From Desulfobacteraceae bacterium (GTDB lineage: Bacteria > Desulfobacterota > Desulfobacteria > Desulfobacterales > Desulfosarcinaceae): a stretch of DNA of 64,000 nucleotides. The stretch covers positions 1,357 through 65,356 of the forward strand of contig JBNLAV010000087.1 of NCBI GenBank assembly GCA_050302315.1. Reading direction: 5' to 3'. The notes below the pieces were generated by a model that saw only the letters and a list, made by a program, of their open reading frames with translations, searched no databases and was not told where the DNA came from. Made by a program: the position numbers and the translations under genes. This document shows, in pieces, positions 9,511 through 19,081 of this stretch. Every line of letters begins with the position of its first letter. Position 1 is the stretch's first letter.

Positions 9511-10676
9511 TGCCGGAAAACGCCCAGCATATCGCACGCCAAGCGGCCGACGAGACCCTGATGCCGCCTTCGCGCTCCCCATGGGCCGAGACCTGGTACC
9601 TGCTGCGCAAAAACCGCATGGCCCTCACCGGGCTGGTCATCTTCCTGATCTTCTTTGCCGTGGCGATGGCGGGTTTGGCGGTCACCTCCGGCACCGATCC
9701 CATCCTGGACCCGGCCCGGGTGCGCCTTCAGGAAAAACTGCGCCCTCCCCTGTCCACCCCCAAGACCGACGCCCTGCGGCCCGAAGAACTGCCGACGCTG
9801 GGCATCTATCTGCTCGGCACGGACGATCTGGGACGGGATGTGTTCGCCCGCATGCTGCAAGGTGCCTGGGTTTCCCTGACCGTCGGATTCGTCGCCGTCG
9901 GCATCGCCATAACCATCGGCATCATTTTGGGCGGTATCGCCGGTTACTATGGCCGCCGCTACATTCAGACCGTTCATATCCTGATATGGTTCCTGCTTAT
10001 CGCCGCCATAGCAGTGGCTTTTACGCCTGCCAAAACAATTGCCGCGATCTTATTCCTTTTGGCGGCAGCCGGGATGGTATGGAAAAGGCGCCAGGACCAT
10101 AAAAAATCGCCTCTGCCGGTCTTTCTGAAATGGACGGTATGGCCGTTCCTGCAGGTCGATACACTGATCATGCGGGCAGTGGATATCATGCTCTGCTTCC
10201 CGTCCTTTTTTTTGATTCTGACGGTGGTCGCCCTGCTGCCGCCCAGCATTTACAACATCATGGTGGTCATCGGCCTGACCAGCTGGATGGGGACCACCCG
10301 CTTTGTCCGTGCTGAATTCCTCTCTCTGAGAGAACAGGATTTCGTGGCCGCGGCCCGGGCGCTGGGCATCAGTGATGCGCGCATCATTTTTCGCCACATC
10401 ATGCCCAACGCAGTGGCCCCCGTTCTGGTATCCGCCACCCTTGGCATCGCCACGGCGATGCTAACCGAGGCGGGCTTGAGTTTTTTGGGCTTCGGCGTAC
10501 CGCCCCCCCATGCGACATGGGGCAATATCCTCTCGGATGGGCAGGCCTTCATCTTCGACGCCCCCTGGCTGACCTTCGCCCCGGGCATCGTGATCCTGGT
10601 GGTGGTCCTGGCCTTCAACCTCTTCGGTGAAGGCTTGAGAGATATCCTGAACCCGAAATTGAGGGAGCGAAATTAG
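9510..10676 (+). CDS. ABC transporter permease (OppC/DppC-like) with an internal ~67-aa hydrophobic insertion
   Basis: LGTDDLGRDVFARML, MRAVDIMLCFPSFFL and FVAAARALGISDARIIFRHIMPNA are typical of DppC. The start overlaps the stop of the upstream gene. Confidence 0.9.
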   Translation: MPENAQHIARQAADETLMPPSRSPWAETWYLLRKNRMALTGLVIFLIFFAVAMAGLAVTSGTDPILDPARVRLQEKLRPPLSTPKTDALRPEELPTLGIYLLGTDDLGRDVFARMLQGAWVSLTVGFVAVGIAITIGIILGGIAGYYGRRYIQTVHILIWFLLIAAIAVAFTPAKTIAAILFLLAAAGMVWKRRQDHKKSPLPVFLKWTVWPFLQVDTLIMRAVDIMLCFPSFFLILTVVALLPPSIYNIMVVIGLTSWMGTTRFVRAEFLSLREQDFVAAARALGISDARIIFRHIMPNAVAPVLVSATLGIATAMLTEAGLSFLGFGVPPPHATWGNILSDGQAFIFDAPWLTFAPGIVILVVVLAFNLFGEGLRDILNPKLRERN

Positions 10677-10771
10677 TCTTTTGTGTTTTCTCTTACATAA
10701 AAAGGGTGTCAAAAAGTGCATTGAAAAAAATAGACAGGATACCTTAACTTAACACTTAACTTTCGGTGTTC

Positions 10772-10846
10772 ATGTAGGAGCGGCTTTCAGCCGCGATCCG
10801 AATGCCTGTTCAGGACCCTTTTCGCGGCTAAAAGCCGCTCCTACAT
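10772..10846. repeat. REP-like palindromic element inside the ABC operon (between permease and ATPase genes)
   Basis: 25-nt arms atgtaggagcggctttcagccgcga (10772-10796) and tcgcggctaaaagccgctcctacat (10822-10846) are reverse complements with one mismatch. The spacer is 25 nt. Confidence 0.8.
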
Positions 10847-10915
10847 CGTGTTTCAAGATGAATTTGAGTGGAACCCGAAACTTAAGCTGAAAAGAAAAAA
10901 GCATCTGTTCATAAT

Positions 10916-11932
10916 ATGGATATAAACGAAAATAACATCCTGCTCTCGGTTGAAAACCTTCAAGTCCATTTCGTCGGCGACGGCCCCGTGGCCCGCGCCG
11001 TGGACGGGGTTGATTTCCTGGTGCGCCGCCAGCAGACGGTCTGCATCGTGGGGGAATCGGGATGCGGAAAAACCGTAACCGCCCTGGCCATTCTGGGGCT
11101 GCTCAAACAACCCCCGGCCCGGATCGCAGGCGGGAAGATCACCTTCGACGGAAAGTCGCTGCTGGAGCTTTCACGCAGCGAAATGCGCGCCCTGAGGGGC
11201 AAGCGCATCGGCATGGTGTTCCAGGAGCCCATGACTTCCCTCAACCCGGTCTTCACCATCGGCGATCAGATCGGCGAAGCCGTTCTGGCCCATGAGCGGG
11301 TGCCGGAGGAAGAAGTTCGGCGCAGAACGATCCGTCTGCTCGACGACGTCGGCATTCCGGACGCGCAGCAGCGCATCCACGACTATCCGCACCAGCTCAG
11401 CGGCGGCCAGCGTCAGCGGGTGATGATCGCAATGGCCCTGGCGTGCGAGCCCGACCTGATCATCGCGGACGAACCCACAACGGCGCTGGACGTGACCGTT
11501 CAGGCCCAGATCCTCACCCTGCTCAGAGAACTCAAAGAGCAAAAGAAAATGGCCATTCAGTACATCACCCACGACCTGGGAGTGGTGTCGGCCATTGCCG
11601 ACCAGGTGTATGTCATGTATGCCGGCGTGGTGGTGGAACAGGGCGCCACCGCCCACATTTTCAGGCAAGCCAGCCACCCCTATACCATGGCCCTGCTCGA
11701 GGCGCTGCCCACCAAGGAAAAGCGCGGCCGCCGGCTTTACAGCATCCCGGGCAGCGTACCGCACCCGGCCTACAAGCCCAAAGGGTGCCCTTTTCACCCG
11801 CGCTGCGAACACCGGCTGCCCGCCTGCGAGGAGCAATTCCCGGATCTGTGCGACTATGGCCAGGGACACATGGCGCGCTGTCCTGTTCTCTTTGACAGCC
11901 GCCAAACGACCGCCGGGGAGGTACGGCCATGA
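10916..11932 (+). CDS. ABC transporter ATP-binding protein (OppD/DppD-like)
   Basis: Walker A GESGCGKT, signature LSGGQRQR, Walker B LIIADEPTTALD, and the C-terminal oligopeptide-type extension. Confidence 0.92.
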   Translation: MDINENNILLSVENLQVHFVGDGPVARAVDGVDFLVRRQQTVCIVGESGCGKTVTALAILGLLKQPPARIAGGKITFDGKSLLELSRSEMRALRGKRIGMVFQEPMTSLNPVFTIGDQIGEAVLAHERVPEEEVRRRTIRLLDDVGIPDAQQRIHDYPHQLSGGQRQRVMIAMALACEPDLIIADEPTTALDVTVQAQILTLLRELKEQKKMAIQYITHDLGVVSAIADQVYVMYAGVVVEQGATAHIFRQASHPYTMALLEALPTKEKRGRRLYSIPGSVPHPAYKPKGCPFHPRCEHRLPACEEQFPDLCDYGQGHMARCPVLFDSRQTTAGEVRP

Positions 11933-12894
11933 ACCCACCCACAGCGCCATTGCTCACTGTTGAAGCATTGAAAAAATACTTCCCGGTGCGCCGCGGTTTT
12001 CTTCAACGCGTGGGCAGTTACGTGCGCGCCGTGGACAGCGTGGACCTTGCCATACCACCGAACCGGACCCTGGGGCTGGTCGGCGAGAGCGGCTGCGGCA
12101 AATCGACGGTGGCGCGCCTGATTCTGCGGCTTCTCGACCCGGACGGCGGCTCCATCCGGTTCGACGGCCGGGAGATCTCATCCCTTGGCGAAAGTGAATT
12201 CAAGCCCATGCGCACCAAGATCCAGATGATCTTCCAGGATCCTTACAGCTCCTTGAATCCCCGCATGACGGTGGCCCAGTCCATTGCCGACGGTGTGCGC
12301 ATGGCCGGCATAAAGGAAAAATCGGAGCAGCAGAAGCGCATCAAAGCCCTTCTGGACATGGTGGGCATGCCGGCGGCCAGCGCCGGCCGATACCCACACG
12401 AATTCAGCGGCGGACAGCGCCAACGGGTCGGCATCGCCCGCGCGTTGAGCGTCTCGCCCCAGTTGATTCTCTGCGACGAACCGATTTCGGCGTTGGACGT
12501 ATCGATTCAGGCCCAGATCATCAACCTGCTCAAAGACCTTCAGGACGAACTGGGATTGAGTTACCTCTTTATCTCCCACGATCTCAATGTGGTCTCATAC
12601 ATCTGCGACCATGTCTGCGTGATGTACCGGGGCCGCATCGTCGAGTCCGCTCCGGCGGACGAACTGTTCGATCACCCCCGCCATCCCTATACCCTCAAGC
12701 TGCTGTCAGCCGTCCCCGAAACCACGGAAGCCGGCTGGTCCCCCAAGGTCGAAGATGAACCCGGCGGCGCGGTACCCCCTGACGGGTGCCCGTTCGGCAA
12801 TCAATGCCCCCATACCGATGAACGATGCGATAGCCGGGCGCCGGCCATGGTCCGGGTGGCCGACAACCACCTGGTGCGCTGCTGGAATTTCTAA
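11929..12894 (+). CDS. ABC transporter ATP-binding protein (OppF/DppF-like)
   Basis: Walker A GESGCGKST, FSGGQRQRVGIARAL, LILCDEPISALD. 4-nt overlap with the upstream ATPase gene. Confidence 0.92.
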   Translation: MNPPTAPLLTVEALKKYFPVRRGFLQRVGSYVRAVDSVDLAIPPNRTLGLVGESGCGKSTVARLILRLLDPDGGSIRFDGREISSLGESEFKPMRTKIQMIFQDPYSSLNPRMTVAQSIADGVRMAGIKEKSEQQKRIKALLDMVGMPAASAGRYPHEFSGGQRQRVGIARALSVSPQLILCDEPISALDVSIQAQIINLLKDLQDELGLSYLFISHDLNVVSYICDHVCVMYRGRIVESAPADELFDHPRHPYTLKLLSAVPETTEAGWSPKVEDEPGGAVPPDGCPFGNQCPHTDERCDSRAPAMVRVADNHLVRCWNF

Positions 12895-13023
12895 CCGCCG
12901 GCCGGCGGTCGCGCCGCGATGTTGACACGGCCGCATGGCCGTCCCTATAGTCATTGAAGGCGAGGCCGCATGCGGTAATGCAATGGTGCCAAACCCTCTT
13001 TGTCCCCCCAGGAAAGGTGTGTC

Positions 13024-14223
13024 ATGTTCAAAACCGACGCCAACGTCCCGCAAGACGAGATCGGCTCGCGTATCGAGCGGCTGCAGGCGGTGCTGCAGGA
13101 TCGGCAGCACGACGGAGCGCTCATCGTGCAGAATACAGATCTCTACTATTTTGCCGGAACGATCCAGCAATGCCATCTTTACATCCCGGCCGTGGGCAAC
13201 CCTTTGCTCATGGTGCGCAAAAGCCTGGAACGGGCCAGGGCCGAATCGCCCATCGCGGATATCGTCCCCCTGAACTCGCCCAAGCAGATCCCGGCCCTTT
13301 TGAAAGACCGCGGGCTGCCCCTGCCGCGACGCCTCGGCATGGAGCTCGACGTGCTCCCGGTGAACCTTTTCCGTCAATACGAGCTGGTCTTCGAAGGCCC
13401 TGACATGGTGGATATCTCCCCGGCCGTCCGCACCTTGCGTTCGGTCAAGTCATCCTACGAGATCGGGATCATTACCGCGGCAGCCGAACGCTCAGACCAG
13501 GTGGCGGCCTACATGAAAGAAATCGTCGCTGAGGGCATGACCGAACTGGAGCTGGCGGGCCTGGTGGAGGCGCATGCCCGCAAGCTGGGCCATCAGGGCA
13601 TTATCCGCATGCGCATATTCGGCGGCGAGCTGTTTTACGGCCACCTGATGTGCGGCGCGTCGGCCGCCGTCCCCAGCTACCTGTCCTCGCCCACCGGCGG
13701 CAGCGCCCCCAACCCCGCGGTGGCACAGGGCGCCGGGTTCACGCGCATCACCCGCAACACGCCGATTCTGCTGGATTACGCGTTTGCCATGAACGGCTAC
13801 ATATCCGACCACACCCGCATCTTCGCATTGGGAGATCTGCCCGATGATCTGACGGCGGCGCATTCGTCCATGCTGGCATTGCAAGACAGGATCGCCGCAA
13901 CTGCCAGACCCGGCGTGCCGTCGGGCCGTCTTTACGATATGGCGGTGAAAGCGGCCGCCGAGGCAGGATACGCAGCCCATTTCATGGGCGCCGAGTCGAA
14001 GCGCATCCAGTTCATCGGGCACGGCGTGGGGCTGGAGCTGGATGAATACCCCTTCCTGGCAAAGGGCCAGGAAACGCCCATTGCCGAAAACATGACCATC
14101 GCCCTGGAGCCCAAGCTGATTTTCCCGGGCAAGGGGGTGGTGGGGATCGAAAACACCCATCTGGTCACACCGGACGGAATGAAACAGCTGGGGCGGTATC
14201 CCAACGAGATAACGGTCGTCTGA
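13024..14223 (+). CDS. M24-family Xaa-Pro aminopeptidase / creatinase-like peptidase
   Basis: ATG at 13024 after GGAAAGG. Pita-bread metal-site motifs: DYAFAMNGYISDHTRIF, GHGVGLELDEYP, ALEPKLIF..GIENTHLVT. Confidence 0.8.
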   Translation: MFKTDANVPQDEIGSRIERLQAVLQDRQHDGALIVQNTDLYYFAGTIQQCHLYIPAVGNPLLMVRKSLERARAESPIADIVPLNSPKQIPALLKDRGLPLPRRLGMELDVLPVNLFRQYELVFEGPDMVDISPAVRTLRSVKSSYEIGIITAAAERSDQVAAYMKEIVAEGMTELELAGLVEAHARKLGHQGIIRMRIFGGELFYGHLMCGASAAVPSYLSSPTGGSAPNPAVAQGAGFTRITRNTPILLDYAFAMNGYISDHTRIFALGDLPDDLTAAHSSMLALQDRIAATARPGVPSGRLYDMAVKAAAEAGYAAHFMGAESKRIQFIGHGVGLELDEYPFLAKGQETPIAENMTIALEPKLIFPGKGVVGIENTHLVTPDGMKQLGRYPNEITVV

Positions 14224-14340
14224 TCGTTTTTAATTGTTATGTCAGCGGTGAGTGCGGGAATTCAGGATAATTGCAATGCGGGCAGCGGGTAATTTGACCG
14301 ATCCCTTGGTAACGGTTGATAAGCAGCTGATGATGGATAC

Positions 14341-15957
14341 ATGTTGAAGCGTGGATACCAGATCAAAGCCGTGCTTTTTGATTTTGACGGCACCTTGACC
14401 CGTCCCGGGTCCATTGATTTCAAGGTGATTAAAAAGAGTTTGGGCTGCCCGCCGGACCAACCGGTGTTGGAGTTTATCCACTCCATGGCATCCGTGCAGG
14501 ATCGACGGCTGGCCATGGACAAGCTGGAAAGGTTTGAAGTCGATGCTGCCCGAAGATCGGTGCCCAATGCAGGAGCCCAGGAAATCGTCCGATGGATTAA
14601 AAAACAACGGTTGCCGGTGGGCATTATCACCCGCAACAGCCGTAATTCAGTGATGCGGTCTTTGGAAAATTTCGACAACCTGAGTGCAGCCGACTTTGAT
14701 CTGATCGTAACGCGGGATGATCCCCATCCCCCCAAACCCAGCGGGGACGGCATTGTCTGGGCTGCCAAACACTTTCATATCACGCCGACAGAGATGATGG
14801 TGGTGGGTGATTTTATCTTTGACCTCCAGGCTGGACAGGCGGCCGGCGCATGGACGGCCCTGCTCGATCCCGGAGAAGATGAACGGCTTCGATCCGCTGA
14901 TTGCGATTTTCGCATTGGCCGGTTGGAAGAACTACAGGCCGTCATCCAGGCCGGCATGCCGTTGCCCGCTGGGAAACTGCCCAATGACCTGCTGCAAAGC
15001 TATCTGTCGGAGTTCAATTTCGAAGATTCTTCTGTTTTGATTCAACCGGGGGTGGGAGAAGATGTCACCGCCATCCAATGGGACGGGGATGATCTGTTGG
15101 TGCTCAAAACCGATCCCATCACCTTTGCCACCGAAGCCATCGGCCGATATGCGGTTTCGGTCAACGCCAACGATATTGCCACGGCCGGGGCGATACCCCG
15201 ATGGTTTCTGACCACGTTGCTGTTGCCGTGCGGTATGACACCGTCACAGGTTTACGCCACTATGAAGGAGCTGGCCTTCGAATCGAAACAATGGGGCGTA
15301 ACGCTGTGCGGGGGTCACACGGAAATCACCGATGCCGTTCGTCGCCCTGTGGTGGTGGGACAGATGGTGGGTACGGTCAGACGCCGCGACCTGGTGGAAA
15401 AGAAAAACATGCGCCAGGGAGATTCGGTGTTGTTGACCAAAGGCGTGGCTGTCGAAGGCACCGCAATTATCGCCAGAGAGTTCGAAGCACGACTTGTCGA
15501 GCTGGGCATCACCGGGAAGCAGATTCAAAAAAGCCGTAAATTATTAGAGCAGATCAGTGTGCTTCCCGAGGCCAGGGCGGCGGCCGAAGAAGGGCTTGCC
15601 ACGGCCATGCATGACGTAACCGAAGGCGGTCTGGCGACGGCGCTGATGGAGTTGAGCACTGCCGGTGGCCACCAGATCCGCATCGATATGGATCAGATCC
15701 CGGTTTACGACCTCACCCAAAGCATATGCACGGCCTTGGGATTGAATCCTCTGGGGTTGATCGGTTCCGGAAGCCTTTTGATCTGCTGCCGCTCAGCACA
15801 TCGGGATCAATTGATCCACAAACTTAAAGCGCGCAGCATAGCGGTGTCCTTCATCGGCGTTGTCATGGATGAAGGACAGGGCATTCGAGCATTTGATCAT
15901 GGCAAAACACGCCCCTGGCCCCAATTTGAAACCGATGAAATCGCCCGACTCTACTGA
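14341..15957 (+). CDS. Fusion protein: N-terminal HAD-superfamily phosphatase plus C-terminal AIR-synthase-related (PurM/HypE/ThiL-like) domain
   Basis: HAD motif I VLFDFDGTLT, motif II ITRNS and motif IV VVGDFIFDLQAG. From about residue 215: GEDVTAI..LKTDPITF..AVSVNANDIATAGA..CGGHTE..MHDVTEGGLATAL, typical of the PurM-like ATP-binding superfamily. Confidence 0.7.
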   Translation: MLKRGYQIKAVLFDFDGTLTRPGSIDFKVIKKSLGCPPDQPVLEFIHSMASVQDRRLAMDKLERFEVDAARRSVPNAGAQEIVRWIKKQRLPVGIITRNSRNSVMRSLENFDNLSAADFDLIVTRDDPHPPKPSGDGIVWAAKHFHITPTEMMVVGDFIFDLQAGQAAGAWTALLDPGEDERLRSADCDFRIGRLEELQAVIQAGMPLPAGKLPNDLLQSYLSEFNFEDSSVLIQPGVGEDVTAIQWDGDDLLVLKTDPITFATEAIGRYAVSVNANDIATAGAIPRWFLTTLLLPCGMTPSQVYATMKELAFESKQWGVTLCGGHTEITDAVRRPVVVGQMVGTVRRRDLVEKKNMRQGDSVLLTKGVAVEGTAIIAREFEARLVELGITGKQIQKSRKLLEQISVLPEARAAAEEGLATAMHDVTEGGLATALMELSTAGGHQIRIDMDQIPVYDLTQSICTALGLNPLGLIGSGSLLICCRSAHRDQLIHKLKARSIAVSFIGVVMDEGQGIRAFDHGKTRPWPQFETDEIARLY

Positions 15958-16055
15958 AATACAGATCAAAAACAGCGTGGCTTGGCCGCGCCACCTGAAA
16001 TGCGTGTTATGCCTGTGCGTGGACGAACAACCACGCCCATTTTCCACTTTCATCC

Positions 16056-16847
16056 CTACTTGATCAGACGCCGCTTCATGGCCCGCAGGGCGAGATAACC
16101 GAAAAGCAAAGTAAACGCCGCCAGGTAAGTTAAATTGAAGAGCGCGTTGGATTCCATGGCCCCGATGCAAAAGTAGCGTGTCAGCTCCACCAGATGGTAG
16201 AGCGGAAAGATCAGTGTGAAAATGCCCGCCCAGTCGGGTATGCCCGACACCGGAAAAAAGGTGCCAGAGAACAAAAACATGGGCGTGATAAAAAGAAATA
16301 TGGGCAGGTTGAACATATCGATGGTGGGAATGACCCCTGTGAAGTACATACCGATGGCGCCGAAGGCCAACCCGGCCAGGAATGCAAGCGGAATGCACAT
16401 CAGGGCCCCTGGAAACGCGGCGTATCCGATGGGAATCAGCACCGCCAGCATTACCGTCACCGCGGCCGCGGACTTGGAGGCCGCCCAGACGATCTCGGCC
16501 ACGATCATTTCTTCCAGGCTCACCGGGGTGGCCAGAATACCATCAAAGGTCTTCTGGTAGTACATGCGCACAAAGGAGGCATAGGTGGTCTCGAAAAAAG
16601 CGTTCCACATGCAGGCCGTGGCCACCAGAGCCGGGGCCATAAACCGGGTGTAAGGCAGCGACAAGCCGGCGTAGTCCACAGCGCCGATCAACCCCGAAAA
16701 ACCCAGGCCGAATGCCAGGATATAGAACCCGGGCTCCATCAGCGGCACCAGGAAATTCACGCGCCAGATACGCCGATAGGTCACCAGGTTGCGCATCCAC
16801 ACATGGCGGAAGCGAAAGGATATGGCCTGAAGGTCCACCGTGCTCAT
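16056..16847 (-). CDS. ABC-2 type exporter permease (NodJ-like)
   Basis: 263-aa six-TM protein. 4-nt overlap with the upstream ATPase gene. Confidence 0.8.
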   Translation of the reverse strand: MSTVDLQAISFRFRHVWMRNLVTYRRIWRVNFLVPLMEPGFYILAFGLGFSGLIGAVDYAGLSLPYTRFMAPALVATACMWNAFFETTYASFVRMYYQKTFDGILATPVSLEEMIVAEIVWAASKSAAAVTVMLAVLIPIGYAAFPGALMCIPLAFLAGLAFGAIGMYFTGVIPTIDMFNLPIFLFITPMFLFSGTFFPVSGIPDWAGIFTLIFPLYHLVELTRYFCIGAMESNALFNLTYLAAFTLLFGYLALRAMKRRLIK

Positions 16848-17830
16848 TCGCGCAACTCCCTTCCGGTCAGGCGCAGAAAAACATCCTCCAGGTTACCCGT
16901 TCGAAAGAGGCACGCGGCCGAGCAGAACTTCTCCCGCACCTCCTTCTCCAGCGCCCCGTTGGCCCGGGTATAGATGATGATACGCCCGCCAAGATCGTCA
17001 TGCTTCACCTTGCGATCCTGGATGTAGGTTTTAAGGTCCTCGTCCGGCGACTCTATCTCGATGACGCTTTCGGCCGCGTGCTCTGCGATCAGATCCCGGG
17101 GCCGGCCCTGGGCGATGATCCGGCCGTGGTCCATGATCAGCAACCGGTCGCACAGGCTCTCGGCTTCGTCCATGTAGTGGGTGGTCAGCAGCATGGTCAG
17201 ACCGCGCTTTTTCAGTTCGAACAGCCGGTTCCACAATTGGTGCCGGGACTGGGGGTCCAGGCCCGTGGTGGGCTCGTCCAAAATGAGCAGTTCGGGATCC
17301 GACACCAGGGCCCGCGCAAGCTGCAGCCGCCGGGCCAGCCCGCCGGAGAGCTCCGCGACCTTGGCATGGCGCTTTTGGGTCAGTGCGAAAAAAGCCAGCA
17401 ATTCTTCGGTCCGCTCCCCGGCACGGGACCGGTCCATTTCAAAGTAACGCGCATAGAGCCGCAGGTTCTGCTCCACGGTCAAGTCCGGGTCCAGGGTATT
17501 CTCCTGCTGGCACACCCCCAGCCGGCTGCGGATCGCACGCCAATGGCTGACGACATCCAGGCCGAAGATTTTCATGCAGCCGCTGGAGACCGGCGAAAAA
17601 CCGTACATCATGCGGATAGCCGAGGTTTTACCGGCGCCGTTGGGTCCCAGCAGCCCGAAAAACTCACCGTTCTCCACCTCGAAGCGCACGCCGTCCACGG
17701 CCACGAAATCGCCGTAGCGCTTGACCACGTCCAGGGCCTCAATGATCTTATAGTCCCGGATCCGGCCGCGATCCACGGCGCCGGAATGTGCATGGGCATC
17801 GATAACCGCGTTTGCCTGCATTTCAACCAT
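16844..17830 (-). CDS. ABC exporter ATP-binding protein (NodI/DrrA-like)
   Basis: Walker A GPNGAGKTS, signature LSGGLARRLQLARAL, Walker B LLILDEPTTGLD. The start is uncertain (ATG at 17830, 17821 or 17866). Confidence 0.85.
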   Translation of the reverse strand: MVEMQANAVIDAHAHSGAVDRGRIRDYKIIEALDVVKRYGDFVAVDGVRFEVENGEFFGLLGPNGAGKTSAIRMMYGFSPVSSGCMKIFGLDVVSHWRAIRSRLGVCQQENTLDPDLTVEQNLRLYARYFEMDRSRAGERTEELLAFFALTQKRHAKVAELSGGLARRLQLARALVSDPELLILDEPTTGLDPQSRHQLWNRLFELKKRGLTMLLTTHYMDEAESLCDRLLIMDHGRIIAQGRPRDLIAEHAAESVIEIESPDEDLKTYIQDRKVKHDDLGGRIIIYTRANGALEKEVREKFCSAACLFRTGNLEDVFLRLTGRELRE

Positions 17831-18084
17831 GTCCGTCGCTCCTGGAAAAGTTTTAACCATTTCCATGTTTTCAATTTTGGACAGTATACGCGCAACTTCG
17901 TGATTGCACGAACCCAATTAGAGCTCGTAACTATAGTGGAGCATTTTATCTTACGTCACCAGAGACATAAATAAGTCTAAGTTCAATCGCTCATTCGTAG
18001 TTACTTATATGTTTATAGACGTTCCTTTGGGTACAATAGCCAGCAGATAATCAATAATCAAGGTTTGCCCCTCAATCAGACCCG

Positions 18085-18564
18085 TCAGGAAATCTTTACG
18101 GGAATATAAATATCGACTTCCGCATTCACTCCTTGTTGGCAGCGATCATCATAGAGTTCAAATTCAGCGGTTTCAGCACGCGTATATTTTGAATTTGGGA
18201 GCCACTGCTGATAGATATATTTTGAAGTTTCCTGGATCGAGCGAGGCATCTCGCCGCGGGCTGTGAATACGGCATATGCGGCGGAAGGGATCGACCTGCA
18301 GACCATGTTCTTTGGTATATTCTCGCTACTTGTCACCTCTGCCCCTATCAGGTACACAAAGCTTCCATCCGACTGAAAATCCATACTAATTCCTAAAACA
18401 GTATCAGGAACCTTTTTATTGGGGATGTTGCCTAAAGTGCCGTTTTGCAAAACTTCCCCCCAAAACTTGGGAATCTCACCGAAATCCGCTTCATTGGACA
18501 AAGTTGTTTTCAATTCCACCCCGATGACGGTAAATGGTTCTTTTTCAATGATTCGATGCTCCAT
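18085..18564 (-). CDS. GyrI-like small-molecule-binding domain protein (AraC effector-binding / SOUL-like fold)
   Basis: MEHRIIEKEPFTVIGVELKTT..FGEIPKFWGE..YAVFTARG..IQETSKYIYQQWLPNS..ELYD is the usual GyrI-like pattern. Lies in the AT-rich island. Confidence 0.7.
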   Translation of the reverse strand: MEHRIIEKEPFTVIGVELKTTLSNEADFGEIPKFWGEVLQNGTLGNIPNKKVPDTVLGISMDFQSDGSFVYLIGAEVTSSENIPKNMVCRSIPSAAYAVFTARGEMPRSIQETSKYIYQQWLPNSKYTRAETAEFELYDDRCQQGVNAEVDIYIPVKIS

Positions 18565-18781
18565 AACATTCTCCTCCTGGCAGTGGCCTCAGGCGCAAGT
18601 GGACCGGGTCGCCTGCAGGCGGATTAACCTTCGAATTCTTCATTGAATAATTTAACTCAATAAATAGCTCCGATTGTTAGGGCAGCACTTCATTAATTGT
18701 TTGAGCAGTCGAAACCGCTTCATGTCAGGGGCAACAGAACCCTCACCGCCCTTGAACATGTTTGTCCTGAAGCTTATTCGT

Positions 18782-19081
18782 TCATGCGACCTTAAATATG
18801 GAACAGGTACTGACGCCATGGGCATATAACAATCCGTTTTTATCTTTCAGTTTACCTTCAACTGAAGCAATCTTCTTACCCACATGTAAGGGACTTGCTT
18901 CGCATTTCAATATGCCGGTGTCGGCTGTTACTGGTTTTATAAAATTCACCTTGATCTCGATTGTCGTGCAGCTGACGCCCGATGGAAGCGTTGATAAAAC
19001 TGAAGACGTCATAGCAGTATCAAGCAAGGTAGAAAGAATTCCGCCATGAACTGTTGCAATTAGTTCTTTCCATTTTACATC
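18782..19081 (-). pseudogene. 5'-truncated PaaI/hotdog-fold thioesterase fragment
   Basis: The frame reads DVKWKELIATVHGGILSTLLDTAMTSS..GKKIASVEGKLKDKNGLLYAHGVSTCSIF. An in-frame TAG at 19082-19084 sits only 11 codons upstream of the VHGG motif, and no ATG/GTG start lies before it. The usual ~45-60 N-terminal residues are missing. Confidence 0.55.
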
